The translations under genes were made by a program, and so were the position numbers. 64,000 nt of DNA from the NCBI GenBank assembly GCA_963755715.1, contig CAVWLW010000034.1:60638-124637 (forward strand), in the 5' to 3' direction. Origin of the DNA: an uncultured delta proteobacterium. Its GTDB lineage: Bacteria; Desulfobacterota; Binatia; UBA9968. Shown in pieces: positions 51,352 through 62,448 of this stretch; the first letter of the stretch is position 1; each line of letters opens with the position of its first letter. A model generated the notes under the pieces. The model saw nothing but the letters and a program-made list of their open reading frames with translations, made no database searches and was not told where the DNA came from.

Positions 51352-52333
51352 TCATCGGATTACCCTGTCCGCGCGCGCCGAGCACCTTCTGCGGAATCGT
51401 CACGCCGATCTGCTTCGCCGTCTTAAGATTGATCATGAACTCGAACTTCGTCGGCTGCTCAATGGGTAGCTCGCTGGCTTTAGTGCCTTTCAAAATCTTG
51501 TCGACGTGGTGGAGGGCTATTTGCAGGTTCTCCGCCTGGCTCGGGCCGTAGGCCATGAGCCCGCCATCATCCACATAGGGTGAATTTTCGTACATCGCCG
51601 GCAACCGACTCTTTGTCGCCAATTCCAAAAGTTGCTTCCGATTGAGCTGGGTCAGTGGGTCGGTGATGACAAACAGCGCATCCGGCCGCTTGCGCATCAT
51701 CTCCGAAAAGACACCATCGAAATCTTTGAGTTCACGGACCGCCGAAGCTTGCACTGCCACCCGCAATGCCTGCGCCGCTAGCTCGATCTCCCGGAATTTA
51801 AGGGTCATGCCAAAATCCGCGGCATTCCAGAGGACCGCCACGCGGGCCAACTTGGGAAAGGCTTCCTTCAACAGCTCGAGACGTTTGCCGCTCAGCTCCG
51901 TTTCCAGGGCGCTCACTCCGGTAATGTTTCCACCTGGCCGGGCGAAGCTCGCGACGAGTCCGGTGGCCACCGGATCGCCGGCCCCCATAACGACGATGGG
52001 GATGGTCGAGGTCGCTTGCTTGGCGGCTAGAGCTGCCGGAAAGGACTGCGTCAAAATCACGTCTAGAGGGAGATGCGCGAGTTCGGCCGCGAGTTGGGGA
52101 AGGCGGTCCATCTGTCCATTCGCATACCGACGCTCAATAGCGATGTTCTGACCTTCCACGTAGCCCAATTGAAGCAAGCCTTGGTCGAACGGTGAAGGGG
52201 ATGAAGGCGGCGGGGCAGCTGCCCACGTCAACAGGGCTATCCGGAAAATTTTCTTCGGCTGCTGCGCCTTGACGACGACTCCAAGTGCCATCAACGTCAT
52301 GGCAATGATGACTAACCTCACGATGATTTTCAT
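51352..52333 (-). CDS. ABC-type substrate-binding protein (PF04392-like), shift near C-terminus
   Basis: [62 protein letters not shown]. Confidence 0.88.
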
Positions 52334-52446
52334 AACGCTCCTCTACAGTTTTCATTCTGGTATTTCGAAAGTTGGGATAGCGCCACAAACCCGAAACCGG
52401 TCTCTTAATCAGCGCCATTCTTGACTTCACTGCTCTTGTCTCTTCG

Positions 52447-53558
52447 TCATTTGATCAGCCTACTCACCCGGGCGAGTACTTCCGGCGGAATCGTGACGCC
52501 GATCTGCTTGGCCGTCTTGAGATTGATCACCAGCTCGAACTTCGTCGGCTGCTCGACCGGAAGATCGGCAGGCTTGGCTCCCTTCAGGATCTTGTCCACG
52601 TAGATATGCGACGCGCCGGTAGCTGTCCGCGAGGTCCGCGCCGTAGGACATGAGCCCACCGGCATCTACAGATTCTCTGCTGTTGTACATCGACGGTAAC
52701 CGGCTCTTTAACGCAAAGCCCACGATTCGTTTTTGGTTAGGACGCATTACCGGGCCCGCGCCGAACACATAGAGTCCATCCGGGCGCTGCTTGTTTAGCG
52801 CAGCAAAGACCTTGTCGAAATCGTCCGCAGCTCGTATCTCCCAAGGCTGAATGGTCAACTTCAGCGCACGCGCGTCGACTGGGAGAAGCTCTTTCACCTC
52901 GCGTAAACTGGGCGGATTGGCCGGATCGTAGAGAACCGCGACACGGGCAAGTTTGGGAACCGCTTCTTTGAGTAGCTCCAGCCGCTTCCCGCCTAGTTCT
53001 GCTGTTAAGGGCTGTGAGGCCGGTGACATTGCCGCCAGGACGAGCAAGGCTTTCAACGAAGCCTGCCCTAACAGGATCGGACCCAGGGCCCACCATAACG
53101 ATGGGAATCGTCTTGGTTGCATTCTTGGCCGCCCGGATCCACGTCCCCTGCCGCTACCACGATGATATCAACCTTCAGACGCACAGCTCCGCCGCAAGCT
53201 CAGGAGCCCGATCGACCTTCCCCTCCGCATATCGGTACTCGATGGCGATGTTCTGTCCTTCTATGTAGCCAAGCTCGCGCAGAGCTAGCCGAATTCCCTC
53301 GGCGCGGGCGGAGTCAGTAGCTGCATCGGTATTTGATAGATACCCTATCCGAGAGACTTTCTTCGGCTGCTGCGCCACAGCCGCTAGCCCCAGCACATGG
53401 TGAACGCGAAAACGATTAGCAAAAATCCCCGCCACCCATTTTCGATTTTGATTTTCGATTTTCGATTGTCGGAAGAGAATCCGATTAGCTGAGTACAGGT
53501 TTTCGATTTAGATTCGGAACGGGAACACGGAAGAATCGAATCGGATGATATCGTTCAT
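52447..53558 (-). CDS. ABC-type substrate-binding protein (PF04392-like), multiple frameshifts
   Basis: Family motifs spread over ORFs 53175-53435, 52737-53096, 52460-53122, 52447-52665. Confidence 0.78.
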
Positions 53559-53589
53559 GTATTTGACTTCCTGAATCCAAAATCAGAAA

Positions 53590-54590
53590 TCAACTCAGTG
53601 CGCTCTTGCTCTTGTAGAGATCATCGATAAAGCCGCTCTCGTCGAGTTCTTTGATAAAGCGCATATCGACAAAGTCCTCGGGCTTGGCAGGTCTTTGCTT
53701 TGGGATCGGTCTCTGCCAGAGGCTCCAAAATGTTTTTGATCCCTTCCAGAGTCGGATATTGTTTTGGAGGAAGTCTCTCGTCAACGCTGATGTAATCATA
53801 TCTCTTTTCCAGGATCTCCTTGTCCTGGGGACCGAGATATTTCGCCAGTACCCTTTTCGCCATCTCCCGGTCCGTCTTGATGCGGTGGACAGCCTCAATT
53901 TGCGATTTGACATACCTTCTGATGATCTCAGGACTCTCCCGAATAAACCTGCGGGTCGTAGCCACGCCGGCGCCCTGGTAGGCCTGGCTCGCAGCCGCTA
54001 GAGCGTTAAAGCCTTTTTTCTGAGCCATCAGCGCTTCCATTACACCGAGCATAGCGGCCTGAACCTTTCCCTTCTCCATGGCGCCCAGGCGCTCCGGGAC
54101 GCCGCCGATCTGGACGATTGCGACATCCTTCACCGGAGTCAATCCGATTTTTTTTAAAGCCATGCGCGCGAGAAAATCAGACGAGCCGCCAAACGTAGAG
54201 GTAGCAACGGAACCTCCTTTGAGTTGGTCAGCGGTTTTAATGTCTGGTCGCGTCACGAGCCATTGATCTGCGGTCACGATTCCTCCGGCGATCATCACCA
54301 CATCGGTGCCTCTGAGACTGGCACTCACGATTGACGGGCCAGCTACTTCACTTATCGGGGTCTCCCTCGACAGCAACGCCATCATCGCCGTCGTTCCTCC
54401 GCGAAAATAAACGAGCTGTATATCTAGACCATTGTCTCGAAATATTCCCGATTCTTTGGCCATCCAGACCGGAAAATGATTCCGCGGAAATCGAACCGTA
54501 ACCCACTGTCATTTTTGTAAGCTGGGCCGGGACGACGGAGTAAAAGGAGATCGGCAAAAACAGGCCAACTGCCAAAATTACCGTCTTCAT
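53590..54590 (-). CDS. NitT/TauT (NMT1/THI5-like) substrate-binding protein, frameshifted
   Basis: Signal MKTVILAVG; AKESGIFRDNGLDIQL, LKGGSVA, KPEDFVDMRFIKELDESGFID. Confidence 0.8.
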
Positions 54591-54671
54591 TGACTCCTCC
54601 CTTTCCAATCTAAATTCCAAGATTGCCGTGTCGCCTCACTCCTTACTTCTCACACCTCGCGCTCTATCGAA

Positions 54672-55645
54672 TCACTTTATTCGCCCGCGCCAGCACTTCG
54701 GCTGGAATTGTCAGGCCGATCTCTTCGCGGCCTTCAGGTTGATGATGAACTCAAACTTCGTTGCCTGCTGCACCGGCAAATCGGCCGGTTTGGCGCCTTT
54801 CAAGATCTTGTCGACGTAAACCGCCGCGCGCCGATAGAGATCAGGATAGTCCGCCCCGTAGGACATGAGACCGCCTGCTTCCACATATTCCTCCTGTGGG
54901 TAAATAGCAGGCAACCGGTATTTGACGGCAAGCTCGACGATCCGCTTTCTTTCGGCGAAAAAGCGGGGGTTGCTGAGTGTCATAATCGCATTTACCTGTT
55001 TCTGCTTTGCGGTTTGAAAGGCGCTCTCCAATTCCTTGGGCTCGGGTTGAGTCTCGATCTCCTCTAATTTTAGCTTCAGTGCCACAGCCGCGGGCCTGAG
55101 ATCTTTCACCTGGAGTGATATGCTTTGCTCCGGCAACCGCAAAAGTCCAACTCGGGCGAGCTTGGGAATCACATCCTTAAGTACCTCCACTCTTTTGGTG
55201 GTTAGCTCGGTCCCTAAGCCGGAGAGTCCGGTGACATTGCCTCCTGGCCGCGCGAGACTGGCAACCAAACCTGCAGCGACCGGATCCCCACACTTGTCAT
55301 CACGATTGGGAGGGTAGTAGTGGCGCGCTTGGCCGCTAACGCGACTGGCGTCCCAGAGACGACAATTAGATCAGCCTTAAGACGAACCAAGTCGGTCGCA
55401 AGCTCAGGTACGCGCTCAGACTTTTGCTCGGCAAATCGGTACTCGATGGTGATATTCTGCCCTTCAATCCACCCGAGCTTGCGCAGCTCTTGGCGGAACA
55501 CGTCGACGAGGACCGCGCTACCGGAAGGAGGCTCGCGTCCAGAAAACCTATGCGGAAGATTTTCCTGCCTGCTGCGCTTCGGCGGAACCGAAGAGCCCAG
55601 AGCAAAACGCAGCCGGGGAAGGAGTTTCAGTTTTCTTTTACTATT
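54672..55645 (-). CDS. ABC-type substrate-binding protein (PF04392-like), frameshifted, start uncertain
   Basis: [40 protein letters not shown] across three frames. Confidence 0.75.
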
Positions 55646-55693
55646 GCCAAACTGTCCTGAGACGAATCGAAGGATCGAAAATCCAAAATGTTT

Positions 55694-55730
55694 TTACTTC
55701 ATCACCCGGTCCGCCCGCGCCAGCACTCTG
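55694..55730 (-). pseudogene. 3'-end fragment of a PF04392-type SBP gene
   Basis: Encodes RVLARADRVMK*. Confidence 0.6.
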
Positions 55731-55802
55731 CAATATTGTCGGCGACGATTTGCTTCCGCTGTTTTTCTTCTCAACCGTCTGTCTGTTATCACTCCACTGT
55801 AT

Positions 55803-55831
55803 TTGACAGAACCTGCGACCTGGTCTATAAA
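55803..55831 (+). promoter_or_regulatory. Sigma70 promoter of the toxin-antitoxin operon
   Basis: TTGACA-N17-TATAAA, about 40 nt before GAGG SD and ATG at 55872. Confidence 0.7.
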
Positions 55832-55871
55832 CTTTGATTCATCCATTTCTCTGCTGGCGGCGAGGTCACTC

Positions 55872-56135
55872 ATGGCAAGAGCCATTAATGCGATGTATGA
55901 GAACGGAGTTTTTAGCCTCTCGAAAAAGTCCGTTTCAAAAATAAACAAAAGGTGAAGCTGACTGTGATCGAGAAGCCGTCGAAGCCCGTGCACGTTAAAT
56001 CGCCGGCCAAGCGTCGGCAAATTCGTAGTCGAGGCGATGTCAACTTTCATGCCGCACAGGGTATCGTCGGCCTGTTTAAAAGTGGTGCTTCACGACCTGG
56101 CTAAGAAATCACGACAAGCTACCTTCTATCAATAG
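55872..56135 (+). CDS. DUF104/AF2212-like antitoxin, frameshifted
   Basis: MARAINAMYENGVF / PLEKVRFKNKQKVKLTV matches the I.A.YENGVFKPL pattern; C-terminal GIVGLFKSG..DLA..HD.YLY. Confidence 0.7.
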
Positions 56136-56146
56136 AAGTCCAATCT

Positions 56147-56583
56147 TTGAAGGTCTTTCTGGATACCGGGTGCATTCCTTGCCCTGGCTGACGAGGACGA
56201 CGATTATCATTCCGCTGCCAACACCGGTTTACACGGACCTGCTTCAAACCAAGGCTCAACTCTTTACATCCGAATTTCATCCTATGCCGAGACCTGCACA
56301 TTGATTCGCTTCAAAGTCGGCCACCAAGCGGCTGTTGAATTTATGAAGCGTTCGCGATCAGACCGGCGATTAAGGTTCTTCGTGTGAGCGAAGCCATCGA
56401 ACACACGGCCAAGGCGATTTTCATACGATACGATGACAAAGAATTTAGCTTTGTCGATTGCACCAGCTTCGCTTTGATCGACCATCACCGACTCGATCAC
56501 GCTTTCGCTTTCGACGGCCACTTCCGTCAATACCGTTTCAAAAGGACTGTCCGATTATTTTGCCCAGTCGAGATCTTTCATAG
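56147..56583 (+). CDS. PIN-domain (VapC-like) toxin, frameshifted
   Basis: TTG start KVFLDTG(A)FLALADEDDDYH ... ET ... DKEFSFVDCTSFALI...AFAFDGHFRQ; end approximate. Confidence 0.78.
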
Positions 56584-56618
56584 GTCTTCCCCATTGCTTC
56601 ATTGCTTCACCTTTTGCC

Positions 56619-57735
56619 TCACTTGATGACTTTGTTCGCCCGCTCGAGCACGCGGCCTGGAATTGTCAGGCCGATCTGCTTTGCTGCCTTCAAGGTTAAT
56701 CACAAATTCAAACTTCGTCGCTTGCTGGACAGGCAAATCAGCCGGCTTGGCGCCTTTCAAGATCTTGTCCACGTAAACAGCCGCGCGCCGATAGAGGTCA
56801 TCGTAGTCTATCCCGTAGGACATGAGACCGCCGGCTTCCACAAATTCATCCTGTGGGTAAATAGCCGGCAACCGGTATTTGCCGGCAAGCTCGACGATCC
56901 GCTTTCTTTCGGCGAAAAAGCGGTTACCGGTGGTGGTCATTATCGCGTTGACCTGTTTCTGCTTTGCGGTTCTAAAGGCGCTCTCTAAGCCTTTGGCGTC
57001 GCGTTGAGTCGCGATCTCCTCCAATTTTAGCTTCAGTGCCGTAGCCGCAGCCCTGAGCTCTTTCAGTTGGAGGTCTCGTGCTATGCTGCCTCCCGCAATC
57101 ATTAGAAGTCCAACTCGGGTGAGCTTGGGGATCGCGTCCTTGAGTATCTCCAACCTTTTGGTGATTAGTTCGGACGCTAAACTCGAGAACCCGGTGACAT
57201 TGCCCCCCGGCCGCGCCAGACTGGCAACCAAACCTGCACCCACGGGGTCCCCAGCGTTTGTCATCACGATAGGGATGGTCGTGGTGGCGTTCTTGGCTGC
57301 TAACACCCCTGGCGTCCCTGACGCCATAATCAGATCCACCTTAAGACGAACCAAGTCCGCCGCGAGCTCAGGCAGGCGCTCAAGCTTTCCCTCCGCGAAT
57401 CGATACTCGATGGCGACGTTTTTTCCTTCAATCCAGCCAAGCTTGCTCAGCTCTTGCCGGAACGTGTCCAAGCGGACCGCGATATTGGAAGCAGTGCTAT
57501 CATCCAGGAAACCGATGCGGAAGATTTTCCCTGCCTGCTGCGCCTGAGCCACAACCCCACCGACGACGAATGTGAAGCCGATAGTGAAGATCCCCACCCA
57601 TTTTCGTCTGCGGGACCGCTTTTGGAAACTTCGACGGAGTTCATCCTGAGCGGAGTCGAAGGACTCAGTCCAGGTTTTCGATTTTAGATTATGGGATTGA
57701 GAACCGAAGAATCGAATCCGGAATGGTTTCGTCAT
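56619..57735 (-). CDS. ABC-type substrate-binding protein (PF04392-like), shift near C-terminus
   Basis: AQQAGKIFRIGFLD...[21 protein letters not shown]...[18 protein letters not shown]. Confidence 0.88.
57629..57668. repeat. Palindromic CTTCGAC...GTCGAAG repeat inserted in an SBP 5' coding region
   Basis: CTTCGACGGAGTTCATCCTGAGCGGAGTCGAAG; reverse complement resembles the 41241-41264 MITE interior. Confidence 0.55.
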
Positions 57736-57782
57736 GTATTTTTCCCTTAATCCAAAATCGGAAATCTAAAATCCAAAATTGG

Positions 57783-58776
57783 TTAACGCTTCTTGCTCTT
57801 GTAGAGATCATCGATAAAACCGCTTTCGTCGAGTTCTTTGATGAAGCGCATATCGACAAAGTCCTCGGGCTTGGCGGCTTTTGCCTTCGGGTCTGTCTCC
57901 GCCAGCGGTTCGAGAATTTTTCTGATCCCCTCCAGGGTTGGATATTGTTTTTGGGGAAGCTTGTCGTCAGTGCTGGCATCGTCATAGGACCTTTCCAGGA
58001 GATCCTTGTCCTGCAGAGAGAGGTACTTTGCCAGCGATCTCATCCCCGTCTCTCGGTCGGTTTTGATGCGGTGGACGGCCTCGACCTGCGATCTGACATA
58101 CCTTCTCACGATGTCCGGATTTTCCCGAATGAACGCGCGAGTGGTTGCTACCCCGACGCCTTGATAAGGCAGGCGCACGCTCACGAGATTATAATAGCCC
58201 GCTTTCTCGGCTCTGAAGTTGTCCGGTGAGTTGAGCATGGCGGCCTGAACTTTTCCCGTCGCCAGGGCGCTCAGGCGCTCCGGGATCGTGCCGATCTGTA
58301 CGATGGTGACATCCTTTAAAGGATTCAGTCCGAGCTGTCTGTAGCGCGATGCGAGAGAGAAAATCGGCCTGGCCGCCGAAGTTGGCGATGGCAACCGAGC
58401 CCCCTTTGAGTTGCGCGGCGGTTTTAATCTCGGGGCGACTCATGAGCCAATACTCCGAGACCACGTTGCCGCCGGCAATCATCACTGCATCGGCGCCCTT
58501 GAGGCCGGCACTCACGATCGGCGGGCCAGTCACCTGACCTATCGGCGTCTCCCGCGCGACCAGTGCCATGGCCGTTATGGTTCCTCCTCGGAAATAAACA
58601 ATCTGCACGTCAAGACCATTTTTGCGAAATATCCCGGCGTCTTTGGCGATCCAGGCGGGAAGACCGCTGCCGCTGAGTGTATTGCTGCCAATGGTCAGTT
58701 TGCTGAGCTGGGCCGAAGCGGCGGAGCAAAAGGAAAACGAGGTCAACAGACTAACTGCCAAGATTGCTGCCTTCAT
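57783..58776 (-). CDS. NitT/TauT (NMT1/THI5-like) substrate-binding protein, frameshift near 58345
   Basis: MKAAILAVSLL signal, WIAKDAGIFRKNGLDV, C-terminus nearly identical to 53590-54590. Confidence 0.85.
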
Positions 58777-58877
58777 TGGGTCCTCCTTAAGTGATCCAAA
58801 GATCAACATCGGAAATTCAAAAATTGCTCTGAATCCTTCGATAGCGATCAGGATAAACTCCTGCGAAGGATCTTACT

Positions 58878-59000
58878 TCACCGAATCACCTTATCTGCCC
58901 GCGCCAGCACGTTAGGTGGAATCGTCAGGCCGATCTGCTTGGCGGCTTTGAGATTGATCACGAACTCAAATTTAGTCGGTTGTTCGATTGGCAGTTCCGG
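58878..59000 (-). pseudogene. 3'-end fragment of a PF04392-type SBP gene
   Basis: Encodes [39 protein letters not shown] with no upstream gene body. Confidence 0.8.
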
Positions 59001-59020
59001 AATCGCGACCGTCGCGCCGA

Positions 59021-59611
59021 TCATCGCGTTCCTTTCAGTCCTGCGGGCTCAGCCAGGAGCGCTTGAATAAGAGCGCGAGCCGGTTTGGCACTCCACTCTC
59101 TTGGCCCGACTGCTAGTGCTACGGCTCGGCCGCTTCGACCGATGAGAAAAGTCGTCGGTAAACCGATGACTCCATAGGCGGAATTAATCTTCCCCGTTGG
59201 GTCCGAGATCAGGGGAAAGGTCAAGCCGAGTTCTTTGGCGTACTCACGGATTGTTGATGTTTCCTCGCGAGCGTTGATCCCTACGACGGCGAGTCCTTGA
59301 GCGGAGAACTCGCGATGCAGTCGCTCGAAGGCCGGCATCTCCGGCCGGCACTCAAGACACCAAGTAGCCCAGAAGTTTAGAAGAACAACCTTGCCTTTGA
59401 GCGAAGCCAGCGACAAATCGCTGCCATCGGCCGTGCGACCCTTAAAGTCGGGCGGCATTGTCGGGCGAGAATATGTAGTCAAATTTAGTTCATGAAGCAA
59501 ATCCGCGACCTGCGCCCAACTCGCCTCCTGAACCGTGAATGTCGCGACAGTCGCAACGACAACTCCCATGATTAGCCGCCCGGCGCGATCAATTATTTTC
59601 TTGGCTTTCAT
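59021..59611 (-). CDS. TlpA-like exported thiol:disulfide oxidoreductase
   Basis: [27 protein letters not shown]; signal/TM. Confidence 0.88.
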   Translation of the reverse strand: MKAKKIIDRAGRLIMGVVVATVATFTVQEASWAQVADLLHELNLTTYSRPTMPPDFKGRTADGSDLSLASLKGKVVLLNFWATWCLECRPEMPAFERLHREFSAQGLAVVGINAREETSTIREYAKELGLTFPLISDPTGKINSAYGVIGLPTTFLIGRSGRAVALAVGPREWSAKPARALIQALLAEPAGLKGTR

Positions 59612-59669
59612 TGCTTCAGCGAAGCGGCTGGGATTTCGGAAGCGACGACCCGGCTGTGTTCCGAGGTCC

Positions 59670-60227
59670 TCAATGTTTACGGACAATTTCCGCGATATCT
59701 CGCAGGATGGTGTCGCTATAGACCACAGTCGTCGCCGGATTCTCTAGGGTCCATTTCTTGCGGATCACCCCTTGCGGGTCGATAAGAAAAAACGTCCTCA
59801 CAGCGGTCATTATTTTCTCGTTGAGGATTCCGTAAGAGCGGATTACCTTCCGTTCAACAAAGTCGCTCAGTAGCGGGAATGGCAGTTTCAGAGATTCAGC
59901 GAACGTCTGCTGAGAAAATGGATTATCGGCGCTGACCGCGAGAATCTGAATATTCAGGGCTTCGAATCGCTTGTAGTCGGCCTTCCTGGCCGCTAAGTTC
60001 GCGGCTCAGGTCGGCACAAATGCTGCGGCGAAAAACTCGAGAAAAACCCATTTCTTGCCGCGGAAATCGCTCAGCGAGATGTCAACCCCGTTCGTGCTCG
60101 GCAGCGTGAAGTCCAGCGCTTTGTCACCGACGTCAAGCGCCGACGACACGCGGACTATTCCGAGCAGGCCAAAGAGCAGCAAGCATCCAACAATCAAACT
60201 TCTTTGGCGTTTTGTTAATTTCCCCAT
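59670..60227 (-). CDS. Peroxiredoxin-like (AhpC/TSA) selenoprotein, in-frame UGA at 60008-60006
   Basis: [11 protein letters not shown]...[66 protein letters not shown]...[13 protein letters not shown], open to TGA at 59670; SECIS-like hairpin 3' of UGA. Confidence 0.82.
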
Positions 60228-60301
60228 TTCTCGGTCTCCTTGTTCCAACGAAATATTTGCACTTGGCGTTCTACCTTTCCCTTTGCGGTGATCTGGGCGG
60301 T

Positions 60302-61351
60302 TCAGCGGATCACGCGGTTAGCCCGATACAACACCTCGGGGGCGATCTTAATCCCTGCTGCCGTGGCAACCTTAAGATTAACGACAAACTCGATGTTGTT
60401 GTTTACTTCGACGGGAATGTCGCGCGGATTTGTCCCTTTTATAATCTTGTCCACCAGCCGCGCTGCCTGGCGCCCCGATTGATAGAAGTCCGGACCGTAG
60501 CTAGCAAGTCCGCCTTGTTCCACGTACCAAGGCCCAAAAAACATAGTTGGAATTCGCTTCTGAGACGTAGCCTCTATGGCGAGGCCGGGAATGTTAAAGG
60601 AAAGCGAGCGTGGTAACACGATACCTTGAATCTCATTTTTGTTGATACTGTCGAAGGTCGCCTGTGCTTCTGTTTGAGTAGCTACCGTTTTCTCGATCAG
60701 CGTGATTTTTAAGCGGCGAGCGCTTTCCCGATAGATCTTTGCCTGGGCGACCGCAAAAGCCTCGGACTGATCATACGGAAACAGGACCCGTACCAGTCCG
60801 GGTATCATCTCCTTGAAAATCTCCAAGCGCTTGCTGTCCAATTCAAGATCCAAATCAGTAACCCCGGTGATGTTGCCTCCTGGATGAGCAAAACTTTTGA
60901 CCAATCCCAAGCCGATTGGATCTCCGGTGCCATAAAAGACAATCGGGATACGGCTCGTCGCCATCTGCGCGGCTTTGGCTGGCGCGGGGTTAACTGCAAA
61001 AAGAATATCTGTCTTCTGCGCCACGAGTTCGCGCGCGGCTTGGGGAAGAGCCGCAATATTACCTTGGGTGAATCGGACCCCGATCACGAAATCCTGATTC
61101 TCACGGTAACCCCGCTCCTTGAGGCCGTCGCGGAGCCCGACCACGCCTGGCGTGGGTCCCCAGGAATCCGTCAACGCTCCGATAAGGATAGGCTTGATGC
61201 GCTCGGCGGCACTTACGTCACAGATGAGCAGCGGCTTGAGGGCACCCAGCATAAAGAGAATCAAATACCATCGGATTATTTTTCTCACTGTAGTCCACGG
61301 CCCTGACGAGTTCGGAATAGGAGGATAATCGAGAATCCAAAATTGATTCAT
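60302..61351 (-). CDS. ABC-type substrate-binding protein (PF04392-like), intact and divergent
   Basis: [51 protein letters not shown]; true start may be about 60 nt downstream. Confidence 0.88.
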   Translation of the reverse strand: MNQFWILDYPPIPNSSGPWTTVRKIIRWYLILFMLGALKPLLICDVSAAERIKPILIGALTDSWGPTPGVVGLRDGLKERGYRENQDFVIGVRFTQGNIAALPQAARELVAQKTDILFAVNPAPAKAAQMATSRIPIVFYGTGDPIGLGLVKSFAHPGGNITGVTDLDLELDSKRLEIFKEMIPGLVRVLFPYDQSEAFAVAQAKIYRESARRLKITLIEKTVATQTEAQATFDSINKNEIQGIVLPRSLSFNIPGLAIEATSQKRIPTMFFGPWYVEQGGLASYGPDFYQSGRQAARLVDKIIKGTNPRDIPVEVNNNIEFVVNLKVATAAGIKIAPEVLYRANRVIR

Positions 61352-62402
61352 CTAATTACCCGATCCGCTCTTGCCAGCACGTTGGGCGGAATCGTCAGGC
61401 CGATCTGCTTCGCCGCTTTCAGATTGATGATGAACTCGAACTTCTTCGGCTGCTCGCACCGGGAGTCGGCGGGCTTTGGCGCCTTTGAAGATCTTGTCCA
61501 CATAAACGGCGGCGCGCCGGTAGAGGTCGTCGTAGTCCGCCCCGTAGGACATGAGGCCGCCGTCTTCGACAAATTCTTTCTGGAAGTAAATAGCCGGCAA
61601 CCGGTATTTGCCGGCAAGGTCGACGATCCGTTTTTTTGCGGCGAAAAAAGGGCGAGTCGATGTCGTCATAATCGCGTTGACCTGTTTCTGCTTTGCGGTT
61701 TGAAAGGCGCTCTCTAACCCTTTGGCGTCGGAATGAGTCTGGATCTCTTCCAATTTCAGCTTCAGTGCCAGAGCCGCAGGCCTGAGCTCTTTCAGTTGGA
61801 GGTCTTGTCCTATGGAGGCTCCCGGCGGCAGCAGAAGTCCAACTCGGACGAGCTTGGGCACTGCGTCCTTGAGTATCTCTAGCCTTTTGGTGTTTAGCTC
61901 GGGCGATAAACTCGAGAACCCGGTGATATTGCTTCCCGGCCGCGCCAGACTGGCAACCAGGCCCGCACCCACGGGGTCCGGAATGTTTATCATCACGATG
62001 GGAATAGTTGTCGTTGCTCTCTTCGCCGCTAATGCCAACGGCATCCCTGTGACCACGATTAGATCAACTTTAAGACGAACCAGGTCCGCCGCAAGCGCAG
62101 GAAGGCGCTCATTCTTTTGCTCGCAAACCGGTACTCGATGATGATATTCTTTCCCTCGATCCAGCCAAGCTTGCTCAGCTCTTGCCGGAACGCCTCCAAG
62201 AGGACCGCGGTACCAGAAGCAGTGCTTGGATCCAGGAAACCTATGCGTGGGATTTTCGTTGGCTGCTGCGCGTCGGCCCTCGCCCCGCACATGGTGAACG
62301 CGACGACAATTGTAAAAAGCCCCGCCCATTTTCGATTTTGGATTTTGGATTTTAGATTGTCGGGAAACAGGAACCAAATCTAATACGAAATTTCCTTTGC
62401 AT
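61348..62402 (-). CDS. ABC-type substrate-binding protein (PF04392-like), frameshifted
   Basis: ATG at 62402 after GGAG; [39 protein letters not shown]. Confidence 0.82.
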
Positions 62403-62448
62403 TTGTTTTTCTCCGTAATCCAAAATCGGCAATCTAAAATCCAAAATT
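62328..62448. repeat. Inverted pair of ATTTTRG/AATCYAA heptamer arrays enclosing an SBP start codon (related copies at 53438-53590, 57675-57780, 63440-63561; single arms at 55665-55689, 61327-61344)
   Basis: ATTTTCG-ATTTTGG-ATTTTGG-ATTTTAG-ATTGTCG ... AATCCAA-AATCGGC-AATCTAA-AATCCAA. Confidence 0.8.

Noticed and set aside
55694-56050. 118-aa minus-strand ORF
   Set aside because: Antisense of the antitoxin and its promoter fused to an SBP tail remnant
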